This document shows, piece by piece, positions 36,899 to 46,283 of a stretch of DNA of 47,223 nucleotides (its first letter is position 1; every line of letters starts with the position of its first letter). The stretch covers positions 1-47,223 of the forward strand of contig JBGANF010000053.1 of NCBI GenBank assembly GCA_044222475.1, in the 5' to 3' direction. The translations under genes and the position numbers were made by a program. A model generated the notes under the pieces. The model was given only the letters and a program-made list of their open reading frames with translations. It was not told the DNA's origin and did not search any database. This DNA is from Polyangiaceae bacterium. Its GTDB lineage: Bacteria > Myxococcota_A > Polyangia > Polyangiales > Polyangiaceae.

Positions 36899-38311
36899 TT
36901 ACTTCAACACCTCCGTCGCCCACTTCTTCGCGACGGCACAATCCGACGCGCTCGTGAACGCGCCGTCCTTCACCGTCGCCGGACCGGCGAAGAACGCGAT
37001 GTCGCGCCCCTTCGTCGCGATGGCGAGCGGCCCCGTGTCGGTTCGCACCACGCAGAGGAACGAAGCCTCCTTCACCGTCGGCGAGAACTTCGCGGTGAAC
37101 GCCGGCGCCAACGCAGCCCACGCGTCGGAGGCGTAGCGACCAGGACCCTTCGGATCCTTCTTCGCTTCGTCCCATCGGACGAGCCACGCGAACGCGGTCG
37201 CGTCGCCCTTTCGCGCGATCACCGTGCGATCGCCACCCCAGTTCGAGGCTGCCGGGATCGCCTTCGTGTCGCCCATCCACTCGCTGAACACGAGGCGCAA
37301 CACGAGCTCACCGAACGTGTCGTTGTCGACCGAGACGAAGTCCTTCCCGAGCGCGGCGAACGTCGGCGGGGCGACCGCGACCGGCGGCTCCGCGGTGTCC
37401 CACTTCGCGGGGTGCAGGATCTGCTCGGTGCTCACCGGCACGCGATCCCAGGACTGGTTCACCGCGTCCCAATCACCGCTGCGGCGTCGCGCGTGAACGA
37501 AGCGCAGTCCCTCGACGTATGGCGCGATCAGCGACGCGCGCATGAAGTGGGGCGTCGTCTGAGACGCTGCGCTCGTGTCGGCCTTGAGGAACATGTCCGG
37601 AGTGAGCATCGAGTCGGGCACGTCGATCGCGGTGCGCCCGGTGTCGCGCATCATCACGTCGAGCATGGCGCTCGTCGCGTCCCCCTCGGCGAGGCACGAC
37701 TGCGCGAGCAGCGAGTCCGACCGCCCGGCCGCCCACTTCGACTTGGTCTTCAGATCCCAGTACTGGTCCTGGAGCGCATGCACGAGCTCGTGCGAAAGGG
37801 TGGCGAACGCCATCTCCTCGTCGAGGTCACCCGCCATGTACATCGTCTTGTCCGCCGGCTCGTAGTAGCCCGCGAGCTGCGACTCGAGGAGCGAGAAGGT
37901 CTGCTTCGTGTAGTCGAAGCCGCCGGCGGGGATGAGCCCCATGAGCTGATAGCTCATGCCCTCGTTCGTCATCGCCGAAGCGGGGATGTCGGTCGCGACG
38001 TGCTGCTTCACGCGCGCGAGCAATGCGTCGCGGTTGAGCACCTTGCCCGGCACCTCGGTCTTGGGTTGGAGGCCCCGAATCGCCGCGACGATCTTGAGCG
38101 TCTTGCGCACCTCGCGCGACTCTTGCTCGTCGGTGACGCCTTGATCGGGCGGCACCACGGTGATCGAAGGGAGCGACGACTTGGGCGGAGCCGACGAGAC
38201 GCCGATCGGGACCTGATCGAGCGGCTTCGACGGCGTGGCCCCGTGGCAGGCGGCGATGGCCACCACGCTGAAGGCGACGGCAGCGGCGAGACGAAGCGTG
38301 GACGTGCGCAT
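36899..38311 (-). CDS. Lipoprotein, putative zinc metallopeptidase (HExxH)
   Basis: Lipobox 'IAAC', 'AGYYEP', 'SHELVHALQDQ', 'EGDAT', 'PY.EG..F' and 'STEQILHP'. Confidence 0.8.
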   Translation of the reverse strand: MRTSTLRLAAAVAFSVVAIAACHGATPSKPLDQVPIGVSSAPPKSSLPSITVVPPDQGVTDEQESREVRKTLKIVAAIRGLQPKTEVPGKVLNRDALLARVKQHVATDIPASAMTNEGMSYQLMGLIPAGGFDYTKQTFSLLESQLAGYYEPADKTMYMAGDLDEEMAFATLSHELVHALQDQYWDLKTKSKWAAGRSDSLLAQSCLAEGDATSAMLDVMMRDTGRTAIDVPDSMLTPDMFLKADTSAASQTTPHFMRASLIAPYVEGLRFVHARRRSGDWDAVNQSWDRVPVSTEQILHPAKWDTAEPPVAVAPPTFAALGKDFVSVDNDTFGELVLRLVFSEWMGDTKAIPAASNWGGDRTVIARKGDATAFAWLVRWDEAKKDPKGPGRYASDAWAALAPAFTAKFSPTVKEASFLCVVRTDTGPLAIATKGRDIAFFAGPATVKDGAFTSASDCAVAKKWATEVLK

Positions 38312-38314
38312 CGA

Positions 38315-38989
38315 TCAGGCTCCTCGTGACACGGCGCTCTGGGCCGCTCGCTTGAGCGCCGCGATCGACGCTTCGTACGGCTTCTTCGTGAAGACCGCGT
38401 TGCCGGCGACGAACACGTTCGCACCGGCGGCCGCGGCCGCGCCGATGGTGTCCTCGGCGATGCCGCCGTCGATCTCGAGGTCGACCGAGAGCTTCTGCGC
38501 GGCGATCATCTCTCGGAGGGCTCGCACCTTGGGGAGCACCAACGGGAGGAACGATTGTCCGCCGAAGCCGGGGTTCACGCTCATGACCAGCACTTGGTCG
38601 AGGTCGGGGAGGACGTAGCGGAGAGTCTCTTCCGGGGTCGACGGGTTCAGGACTGCGCCAGCGCGTTTCCCGAGCTTGCGGATCTGCTGCAGCGTGCGGT
38701 GCAGGTGCGGGCAGGTCTCCTGGTGTACCAAAATGGTATCCGCCCCGGCGTCGGCGAAGGCTTCGACGTACTTCTCGGGCTCGACGATCATGAGGTGGAC
38801 GTCGAGGTGGAGCTTGGTCACCTTGCGCAGCGCCTTGACGACGAGCGGCCCGATCGTGATGTTGGGGACGAATCGACCGTCCATGACGTCGACGTGTAGG
38901 AGGTCGGCGCCAGCGGCTTCGACGGCCTGGACCTCTTCGGCGAGGCGTCCGAAGTCGGCGCTCAGGATCGACGGCGCGATGCGGATCAT
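38315..38989 (-). CDS. rpe: Ribulose-phosphate 3-epimerase
   Basis: 'IAPSILSADF', 'HVDVMDGRFVPN', 'MSVNPGFGGQ' and 'EIDGG'. Confidence 0.97.
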   Translation of the reverse strand: MIRIAPSILSADFGRLAEEVQAVEAAGADLLHVDVMDGRFVPNITIGPLVVKALRKVTKLHLDVHLMIVEPEKYVEAFADAGADTILVHQETCPHLHRTLQQIRKLGKRAGAVLNPSTPEETLRYVLPDLDQVLVMSVNPGFGGQSFLPLVLPKVRALREMIAAQKLSVDLEIDGGIAEDTIGAAAAAGANVFVAGNAVFTKKPYEASIAALKRAAQSAVSRGA

Positions 38990-39065
38990 CGTCACCACTG
39001 TCGCTGAAATTGGCGCTTCCGCAAGCCCGGAAATGTGCGACGCTCGCCGAAGGACGCCACGAAAG

Positions 39066-39506
39066 ATGCTCACGCGAGGAATCACCAAGAAGGATTTCGA
39101 CCGCATCGTCGAGGTCATCGATCACTGGTGGGGTGGTCCGATCAGCACGTTTGCCCACCCGATCTTCTTCTACGAGCTGGGTGACCAAGCGCTCGTCGCC
39201 GAAGACGGCGGCGAGATGATCGGATTCCTCCTCGGCTTCGTCGCGACCCAGCCGGTCCGCACCGGCTACGTCCACCTCGTCGGCATCCACCCTGACCATC
39301 GGCGTCGAGGGGTCGGGCGCGCGCTCTACGCCACGTTCACCGAGCGGTGCGCCTCCGCCGGCTGCGTTCGGATGAAGGCGATCACGACGCCCGGCCACGA
39401 AGGCTCGCTCCGGTTCCACAGCGCAGTCGGCTGGACGACGACGGAAGACGACGACTACGCGGGCGCCGGGCGTCGGCGCGTGGTGTTCACCAAAGAGCTC
39501 AAATGA
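39066..39506 (+). CDS. GNAT family N-acetyltransferase
   Basis: Acetyl-CoA motif 'VGIHPDHRRRGVGRALY' and 'SLRFH..GW'. Confidence 0.88.
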   Translation: MLTRGITKKDFDRIVEVIDHWWGGPISTFAHPIFFYELGDQALVAEDGGEMIGFLLGFVATQPVRTGYVHLVGIHPDHRRRGVGRALYATFTERCASAGCVRMKAITTPGHEGSLRFHSAVGWTTTEDDDYAGAGRRRVVFTKELK

Positions 39507-40009
39507 CCGAACCCAAGCTCCGCATCGACGACGCGCTCTCGATCGACCGGCTCCGCGAGATCGGCCTCTTCGGCGCCCTCTCCGACGACGTCCTGCGCAT
39601 GCTCACCACCCAGCTGAAGCAGCTGCGCTTCGGCGCCGGCTCGACGATCTTCAGCGAAGGTGACGTCGCCCGCGAGATGTACGTCGTCCTCGACGGCGAG
39701 GTCGAGGTCCTCAAGAACAGCAAGAAGGGGCGCGTTCAGCGCGTCGCTCTCCTCGGACCGAACGACACCTTTGGCGAGATGTCCATCATCGACGTCCAAC
39801 CGCGCTCGGCGACGGTGCGGGCGATCGCGCCGGTGCATTTGCTGCGCGTCGCAGCCGAGGACCTCGATGCGCTCTACCGCCACGATCTCAAGGCCTACGC
39901 GCTCATCACGCTGAACCTCGCGCGCGAGCTGTCCCGCCGTCTTCGTGTCACCGATCGCATCCTCGCCGACATCGCGGCGAGCGTCCTCGACGAGTTCGTC
40001 GTCAAGTGA
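39503..40009 (+). CDS. Cyclic-nucleotide-binding domain protein (CRP-like, no HTH)
   Basis: 'IFSEGD...MYVVLDGEVEV', 'FGEMS' and 'PRSATV'. ATGA coupling to the GNAT gene. Confidence 0.9.
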   Translation: MTEPKLRIDDALSIDRLREIGLFGALSDDVLRMLTTQLKQLRFGAGSTIFSEGDVAREMYVVLDGEVEVLKNSKKGRVQRVALLGPNDTFGEMSIIDVQPRSATVRAIAPVHLLRVAAEDLDALYRHDLKAYALITLNLARELSRRLRVTDRILADIAASVLDEFVVK

Positions 40010-40018
40010 GGCCCTAGC

Positions 40019-41419
40019 CTAGGGCTTCCCGGTCCCAGGCGGGTTGTTCGCGCACCACGTGACGCCCGCCGGCGAAGGATCCGCCGACGGAGCGCCGCTC
40101 GGCGGCGTGCCGAACGTGGGATTCGCGAAATCGAACATGTCGAGCAGCGGCCACGCGTTCGCGTCGCGCTTGGTCATCGCCGGCAGGTCGAACCGGTTCT
40201 CGATGAACCGCGTGATGCTGGTGAGGTCCGTCACGAGGTGGCTCACGTAGCCCTTCTTCGTCCACGGTGACGCGACGAGGATGGGCACGCGCACGCCGAG
40301 GCGGTCGTACGCGTAGTCGCTCGGGCGCGTACCGTCTGGCTCGCACGCTTCGGGCGGTGGCACGTGGTCGTAGTAGCCACCGTGCTCGTCGTAGCTGAGG
40401 ATGAACACCGTGCTCTGCCACACCTTCGGGTTCGACATGAGCTTGCCCAGGACCCGCGCGGTGAGCTTCTGCCCGAGCTGCATGTTCGTGGGAGGGTGCT
40501 CGTCGTTCTGGCCCGATCCCGAGAACGCCGGGTCGATGAGCGCGAGATCGGGGAGCGTGTCCGCGTCGACGTCGGCGTCGAACTGGCTCAGCGCGCTGCC
40601 CGCGTATTTCGGCCCGAAGACGAGACCGAACGAGATCGTCCCGTCGCGGTAGATCTTCCACGAGCGCCCTTTGTCCTCGAGGAGGTTGGTGATCTTCGGC
40701 TCGTTGAGGGGCGGCGTGTCGGGCGTCTTGGTTCGACCCCACGCCGTGCCGCCGTAGAAGAAGAACCGATTGGGCCACGTCGGACCGAGGAGCGAGGAGA
40801 AGTGACGGTCGCTGATCCCGAACGTCTTCGCGAGCCAGTAGTAGTAGGGGAGGTCGGTCTCGTCGTAGTAGCCCATCGCCCGAGCGCCGCCGGGGTTGTT
40901 GGTGACGACGAAGCCGTCCATCTTGCCGTCGTCGTACTGGAGGTGGACCGCACCCCACTCGTGGTTGACGTCGGCGATGCAGTACCGCGTCTCGTGGAAC
41001 CGCCCGACCTGGGTGACCGGAGGCCCTGGGTCGGGGTTCGTGTGCCCGTCGGTCGCGACGTCGACGTCGGTCACGCCCGCGGCCGGAAGGCGCGAGTAGT
41101 AGTGGTCGAAGCTGCGGTTCTCCATCATCAAGAACACGATGTGCTTGAACGGGAGCGCGTCGCCGTGCGGTACGTCGGGGCCGACCGTGGCGACGGTCGT
41201 GTCGCCCTTGCCGAAGGTGCACCCGAGCCGATCTTGGACGTGGATGTCCCAAGTCGGGATCTGCGTCGGCTTGCCGGCGTCCGCCTCGATCGCGCCGTCC
41301 GCCGCGGCGTCGACGGCTGCGTCCGCGCCCGCGTCCGAGCTCGGCGTGTCCCCGTCCGAGCCGCAGCCGACGGTGAATGCGAGCACGAAAGGAAGGAGCG
41401 CGGTGACGGTTTGCCTCAT
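40019..41419 (-). CDS. Phospholipase C / phosphoesterase family lipoprotein
   Basis: Lipobox 'TVGC', 'HIVFLMMENRSFDHY', 'GPTWPNR', 'YDEHGGYYDHV' and 'LGVRVP'. Confidence 0.92.
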   Translation of the reverse strand: MRQTVTALLPFVLAFTVGCGSDGDTPSSDAGADAAVDAAADGAIEADAGKPTQIPTWDIHVQDRLGCTFGKGDTTVATVGPDVPHGDALPFKHIVFLMMENRSFDHYYSRLPAAGVTDVDVATDGHTNPDPGPPVTQVGRFHETRYCIADVNHEWGAVHLQYDDGKMDGFVVTNNPGGARAMGYYDETDLPYYYWLAKTFGISDRHFSSLLGPTWPNRFFFYGGTAWGRTKTPDTPPLNEPKITNLLEDKGRSWKIYRDGTISFGLVFGPKYAGSALSQFDADVDADTLPDLALIDPAFSGSGQNDEHPPTNMQLGQKLTARVLGKLMSNPKVWQSTVFILSYDEHGGYYDHVPPPEACEPDGTRPSDYAYDRLGVRVPILVASPWTKKGYVSHLVTDLTSITRFIENRFDLPAMTKRDANAWPLLDMFDFANPTFGTPPSGAPSADPSPAGVTWCANNPPGTGKP

Positions 41420-41433
41420 GAAATCGCAGACCC

Positions 41434-42054
41434 TCAGAAGTGATAATCGACCTTGTAGGGCACGCACGCGTTCGCGTTCGGTTGATCGACGCGGATGAAC
41501 ACGTCGACGTCCTCCGACGTGCCGGTGCAGTCGATGTCGAACGTCATGTTGCCGGGTCCGTTGGCGCAGCAGCCGCGGGTCTTGGCCGGCGACACGGAGG
41601 GCGTCCCGTTGGAGCACCCCTTGATCGTCGTCGCTCCGTCTTGGCACATCACGTACGCGCACAGCCGGAGGTTGGTCGCGTCGATCTTGACGGTGGGATC
41701 GACGATGCAGAGCTTGTCCTTCCCGTGAAAGCGGATCCAATCCACGTCGCCGGTGCCCGACGATACGCCGGAGGCGGAGGAGCCGCTCCCGTCGCAGTCG
41801 TCGATGTCGGGGCGTTGGGTGGCGAGGATCTCGCTGTCGTTCGGCTCGGCCGTTTCGCCGTTGCACGTGAGCGGCGGCGGCCCGGTCTCCACGACGTCGA
41901 TCGCTGCGTCCGGGGCGGCGTCTTGCGGAGGCGCCACGTCGATGAAGACGTCGGGCACCGCGTCGACGCCGGCGTCGGTTGGAGCGTCGTCCCCACCCGA
42001 GCAGGCGACGATGCAAGCCGCGGCGACTGCGAGTGTTCCCCCGCGACGGATCAT
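41434..42054 (-). CDS. Cys-rich lipoprotein (EPND / D.DW pre-peptidase-like beta domain)
   Basis: Lipobox 'IVAC', DAG linker, 'EPND' and 'DVDW'. ATGA overlap with the upstream gene. Confidence 0.75.
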   Translation of the reverse strand: MIRRGGTLAVAAACIVACSGGDDAPTDAGVDAVPDVFIDVAPPQDAAPDAAIDVVETGPPPLTCNGETAEPNDSEILATQRPDIDDCDGSGSSASGVSSGTGDVDWIRFHGKDKLCIVDPTVKIDATNLRLCAYVMCQDGATTIKGCSNGTPSVSPAKTRGCCANGPGNMTFDIDCTGTSEDVDVFIRVDQPNANACVPYKVDYHF

Positions 42055-43157
42055 GGGCAAGCGTTGGGGAGCTTGGTGAACGGACCGATCAGCTCCGTGT
42101 AGGACTCGATGCGTTTCCCGCCGTGGACGGTGTCCGTGTACTGGAAGAAGATCCGGTGGTCGAGCGGCTGAATGTTACCATTGTGGTACGCGTCGGCGTC
42201 GGAGTCGGTGTTGCCGAAGCCCCATGACGGGACCAGGCCGCGGTTGGCGATCATCGTGAGCTCGCCGGTCTTGTACGCCGCCGCCGCGCTGCCGGTCGCA
42301 CCGGTGAGCGTGAGCGTGGTGTGCACGAGCCCGGGCGGGAAGTTGTTCGTGTCGAGGAACTCGCGCGTGCGGCCGACCAGGAACTCGGGTCGGGCCGTCA
42401 CGTAGTACGGGCGGTACCCCTTCGACGCGAGCGCGCGAAGCGCCGCCGCCGCGTCGGGGTGCGCGTCGGGCAGGTTTCCGGTGAGGAGCGCGGGGAACTC
42501 GGCGTTCTCCGAGGTGGTGAGCGTGCCGTCCACGTCGGAGATGAAGATCGGCATGTTCTTCGGGACGACCTCGATGAACATCTCCGTCGCCGACAGGTCG
42601 CCTTTGACGACGAGCCGGAGGCGATGGCGACCGAGCCCCAGCGCCTTGTTCGTCGGGATCTTGAAGTAGATGCGCCCGCCCGAGTCCGACACGCCCTCGA
42701 CGGTCGGGTTCTGTTTGTCGAGCGAGGTGACCGCGGTACCGAGCTTCTCCCACTTGGTGCCGCAGTCCCGCAGGAGCCAGACGTCGACGTCTTCGTCCTT
42801 GATGTCGTCGTCGAACACGCCGTAGGCGAACTTGCCGATGACCCACTGCGTGTCGGTCGCGAGGTAGAACATGTCGCGGCCGCGGTGGTTGGCGAACCCG
42901 GTGGCGGCGGTGATCGACGACGACGTGTGGCGGAACCCCGCCTTGATTCCGGGATCGGGCGGAGGCGCGTCGCACTTCGGCGGCACGTACGGCGAGCACG
43001 ACCCACCGTCACCGGTCGAGCCGTCGACGGCGCCGTCGCCGCCGCCGCCGGAGTCGCCTTGGACGTTGCCGTCCGAGCCGGCATCCACGTCCACTTGTCC
43101 GCCTGCGGACCCGCAACCCACGACGAGCAAAGCGAGCAGCACACTCCGGCGCAGCAT
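42051..43157 (-). CDS. Lipoprotein with LNS2 (lipin/Nir-RdgB C-terminal-like) HAD domain
   Basis: Lipobox 'VVGC', 'NHRGRD', 'GKFAYG', 'LGLGRH..RLVVKGD', HAD motif I 'SDVDGT', 'VTAR' and 'GFGN..SD..AY'. Confidence 0.8.
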   Translation of the reverse strand: MLRRSVLLALLVVGCGSAGGQVDVDAGSDGNVQGDSGGGGDGAVDGSTGDGGSCSPYVPPKCDAPPPDPGIKAGFRHTSSSITAATGFANHRGRDMFYLATDTQWVIGKFAYGVFDDDIKDEDVDVWLLRDCGTKWEKLGTAVTSLDKQNPTVEGVSDSGGRIYFKIPTNKALGLGRHRLRLVVKGDLSATEMFIEVVPKNMPIFISDVDGTLTTSENAEFPALLTGNLPDAHPDAAAALRALASKGYRPYYVTARPEFLVGRTREFLDTNNFPPGLVHTTLTLTGATGSAAAAYKTGELTMIANRGLVPSWGFGNTDSDADAYHNGNIQPLDHRIFFQYTDTVHGGKRIESYTELIGPFTKLPNACP

Positions 43158-43189
43158 CCCGCCATTGTAGCGCGCGGCGCCGGCCGCGG

Positions 43190-44197
43190 CTACGGCGCAC
43201 AGGGGTCGCGGAGGCTCCAGCCCTTCGCGAGATGGTTCTTCGCGTCGCGGCCGACGAGCTCGTCGTCCATCCTGACGAGCGCGTCGCGCGCGCGGTCGTC
43301 GCCCCTGGCGCACGCGAGGACGGCGTCGTTCCGCTGCGCGGCCCGCACCACCACCTCGTCGTCGCCGGCGTAGAGCGGCGCGCCGCGCTCGATCCCGGGC
43401 TTGCGAAGCCCGGCGCAGTACGCCACGTCGACGGCGGCGTTTGCCGTCGTGGTGTAGTGGCCCTCGAAGCCGAACGGCACCCCGACGTCGGTGTGGATGA
43501 ACGGTGCCTCGGCGAGCTTGCCGGCGCGGGCGATGATCGAAAAGTGGTGCGTCGACACGATCGCCTTCGCCTTCACGCCGCCGCGGAGCTGGGTGACCTC
43601 GCGCGCGAACGAGAAGAAGACGCGCTGGTACGCCGCGTCGCGAACGGGCGGCCAGAGCTCGAGCAGCGCGCCCTCGCCCCGGTAGGCGATGTCGCCCTCG
43701 ATCGACGCGAACGCGTGCTCGAACGCCGCGAGCTCGGGCGCGGAGGCGCCGCCCCATGTCACGCGATAGCATTGTCCCAATCTGGTACGCCACTCCTCGT
43801 TCGCGGTGGCTACCGCGGCGACCTCCTTGTCCCAGGCCTGCGCGACGAACTGCGAATAGCGGTCGCTGGGAGTCCTCGTGCACGAGATCGTCCGAACCTC
43901 GTGACCGGCGAGGTCGTCGCAGTCGCGCACGTCCAGGCACTCGACGCCGGGGTCGAGCACGCGGTTCTGCTCGACGACGCAGTACGCGTCGCGCACCTCG
44001 ACGGCGGACTTCGGGGCTGCCCACGGCGGCTCGCCGTGCTCGGGCGTGGTGAGCCACAGATCGATCCGGCGGTTCATCACGCATCCGGCGTACGCCTTGT
44101 CCTCCTTGGGCGCCTGTGCCGGCGGCGCAGCCGGAGGACGACCCGCACACGCCGCGAGCACCACGGCGAGCGCGACGGGAAGCACGACTCGCCTCAT
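43190..44197 (-). CDS. Hypothetical lipoprotein (paralog of 44194-45114)
   Basis: Lipobox 'LAAC', ATGA coupling, and motifs shared with the neighbouring gene. Confidence 0.72.
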   Translation of the reverse strand: MRRVVLPVALAVVLAACAGRPPAAPPAQAPKEDKAYAGCVMNRRIDLWLTTPEHGEPPWAAPKSAVEVRDAYCVVEQNRVLDPGVECLDVRDCDDLAGHEVRTISCTRTPSDRYSQFVAQAWDKEVAAVATANEEWRTRLGQCYRVTWGGASAPELAAFEHAFASIEGDIAYRGEGALLELWPPVRDAAYQRVFFSFAREVTQLRGGVKAKAIVSTHHFSIIARAGKLAEAPFIHTDVGVPFGFEGHYTTTANAAVDVAYCAGLRKPGIERGAPLYAGDDEVVVRAAQRNDAVLACARGDDRARDALVRMDDELVGRDAKNHLAKGWSLRDPCAP

Positions 44198-45114
44198 CGC
44201 GAGCCCTTGGCGCACGGATCCTTGGTGAGGAGGTCGTCGCGGTCGATCGCGTCGACGCCTCCCACGGCGCGCGCCTCGTGGAGACGCCCAGCGAGCACGA
44301 GGGCGACGGCGAAGTTCGCCGAGCTCGGTTCGTTGGCGGCATGCCACGCGAGCACTGGATCCCACGCGACCTTCGTGGGATCGAAGACGACGTCGGTCTC
44401 GCGCTGCTGCTCGTGCTCGGTGGGCGGCAAGGGCACGCGTGCGAGGTCGTAGGGCTGATGCCCGTCGAAGAACGTGAGCGCGAGGGTGAGCGTCTGCGGC
44501 GCGAACGGGATCATGCTGGCGCCTTTGCCGCCGCGCGCGACGCGCTCCTCGACGGTGGCCTCGGGCTGCTGGGTCGCGGTGTAGACGCACGTTCCGTCAG
44601 GCTCGGGCTTGCACGACGCGAGGAAGGACGCGTCGTCGTGGCCGACGTACGCGATGACCCAGTCGTCGCCGAGGGCCGGCGGGAGGGCGCCGGGATCGGC
44701 GTGGAGGGCCGTCTCGTAGCGGGCGAGCTCGACGCGCGTCCAGGTCTTCGGATGAACGTCGTAGCACTGCGCCAGGCGATCCTTCATCGCCTTGCCGAGC
44801 GGCGTGTCGTCGTGGAGGAGGGCGGCGAACTTCTTCTCGAGCGCAAACCCGGGGACGCACCGCACCGTGGTGCCGGTCTTGGAGTCGCTGATGGCGCAGC
44901 TGACCTCGGCGAGCTCGACGCTGGACCCGGGCTTCGGCCACTTCGCCTCGTCGGGGGACTCCGGCGTCCAGAGCGTCGTTCGGAAGACCACCTTGGTCGT
45001 GAAGTGGTCGATCGGGTGTCGATCCTCTCGCTCGTCCTCCCCTTCGTACTCCGCCCCGTGGTGCTGGTGCACGCAGCCGAAGAGCACGAGCGCGAGGAAC
45101 GGCAGAAAACGCAT
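44194..45114 (-). CDS. Hypothetical lipoprotein (paralog of 43190-44197)
   Basis: Lipobox 'LFGC'. The start is ATG 45114 or GTG 45156. Confidence 0.7.
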   Translation of the reverse strand: MRFLPFLALVLFGCVHQHHGAEYEGEDEREDRHPIDHFTTKVVFRTTLWTPESPDEAKWPKPGSSVELAEVSCAISDSKTGTTVRCVPGFALEKKFAALLHDDTPLGKAMKDRLAQCYDVHPKTWTRVELARYETALHADPGALPPALGDDWVIAYVGHDDASFLASCKPEPDGTCVYTATQQPEATVEERVARGGKGASMIPFAPQTLTLALTFFDGHQPYDLARVPLPPTEHEQQRETDVVFDPTKVAWDPVLAWHAANEPSSANFAVALVLAGRLHEARAVGGVDAIDRDDLLTKDPCAKGSR

Positions 45115-45164
45115 CGGAAGAAGCCGTCCGACGGGGACCGGCGCGGGTCTATTCACGGACCCGC

Positions 45165-46250
45165 TCACGGCATCGGGTGAGCGGCGAAGAACTCGTACAT
45201 GGTCTCGGTCGCGCCGAGGTCGGTGCTGGTCTTCCCAACGAGCGGGATCGGCACGCCGCCGGGCCACGTGTGCCCGCCGTCGTCGATCTTGCAGTGGACG
45301 ACGTCACCTTGGCAGATGCTCCACTGCGTGCACGTCGCGTCGCCCTTCTGGAAGATGGTCTTCGCCGGGCCGAGGCAGCCGTTCTTCTGGGTGAACGCGC
45401 CGACCGACTCGGTGACGCTGCGGAATTTCGGAACGGGCCCGAGGTCGAACCCGAGGATCGGCGTACCACCTTGGTACGGCACGATGGGGTCGGCCGTTCC
45501 GTGGATCTCGAGGAGGGGGACCGGGCGCGTCAGGTTGCACTTCGCCGGTGCGATCCCGAGCTGCCCGGCCACCGGTGCGATCGCGGCAAAGACGTCGCTC
45601 ATCTCGCACGCGAGGCGATAGGACAGGAAGCCGCCGTTGGAGTACCCGGTCGAGTAGACGCGCTTCGGGTCGATGCAGTAGTCGCCCTGGAGCTTCGCGA
45701 GGAGATCCTTGACGAACTTCACGTCGTCGACGGCGTCGACCCAAGCGGTGCCGCAGCAGTCGCCGGCGTTCCAGCTCGTCGCGACGCCTTCGGGGTACAC
45801 CACGATGTAGCCGTGGAGGTCACTCGACTTGTCCATCCGCGAGACGGTGCGCTGGATGAGCGCGCTGTTGGAGAACCCGTGGAAGTTGAGGACGAGCATC
45901 GTCCCCTTCGCCTGGTCGTACCCATTTGGGACATGGACGTAGGCGATGCGGGTGATGCCACCGGAGCTCAGTGTGATCGTGCGGTCGCCGGAGCCTTGGG
46001 TCTTCCCGTTGCACGAGAAGCTCGTCGGGGCACCGCCGTCGCCAGCGTCGAACGTGGCGCCGGGGGTCAGCCCCGCGTCGGGATCGGGATCGGCCGTCGG
46101 CCAGGCGACGTCGATGTACGCGTCGTACGGGGCGGCGTCCGCCGGCGTCCCTTGCCAGCCAGGGGTGCTCGACTCGCTGCCGCACGCCGCGACGATCGCG
46201 AGCGCGGCGATGGGCGCGAGCACGGCCGCGAGCGTGGTCCCGAGACGCAT
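45165..46250 (-). CDS. PHB-depolymerase/LpqP-like alpha/beta-hydrolase esterase lipoprotein
   Basis: Lipobox 'VAAC', 'FHG', 'WNAG.CC', nucleophile elbow 'GYSNG', 'HGTAD' and 'GGHTWPG'. Confidence 0.9.
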   Translation of the reverse strand: MRLGTTLAAVLAPIAALAIVAACGSESSTPGWQGTPADAAPYDAYIDVAWPTADPDPDAGLTPGATFDAGDGGAPTSFSCNGKTQGSGDRTITLSSGGITRIAYVHVPNGYDQAKGTMLVLNFHGFSNSALIQRTVSRMDKSSDLHGYIVVYPEGVATSWNAGDCCGTAWVDAVDDVKFVKDLLAKLQGDYCIDPKRVYSTGYSNGGFLSYRLACEMSDVFAAIAPVAGQLGIAPAKCNLTRPVPLLEIHGTADPIVPYQGGTPILGFDLGPVPKFRSVTESVGAFTQKNGCLGPAKTIFQKGDATCTQWSICQGDVVHCKIDDGGHTWPGGVPIPLVGKTSTDLGATETMYEFFAAHPMP

Positions 46251-46283
46251 GCCCCTTCGCGTAGCATGAGCCCGGACCCTCGG

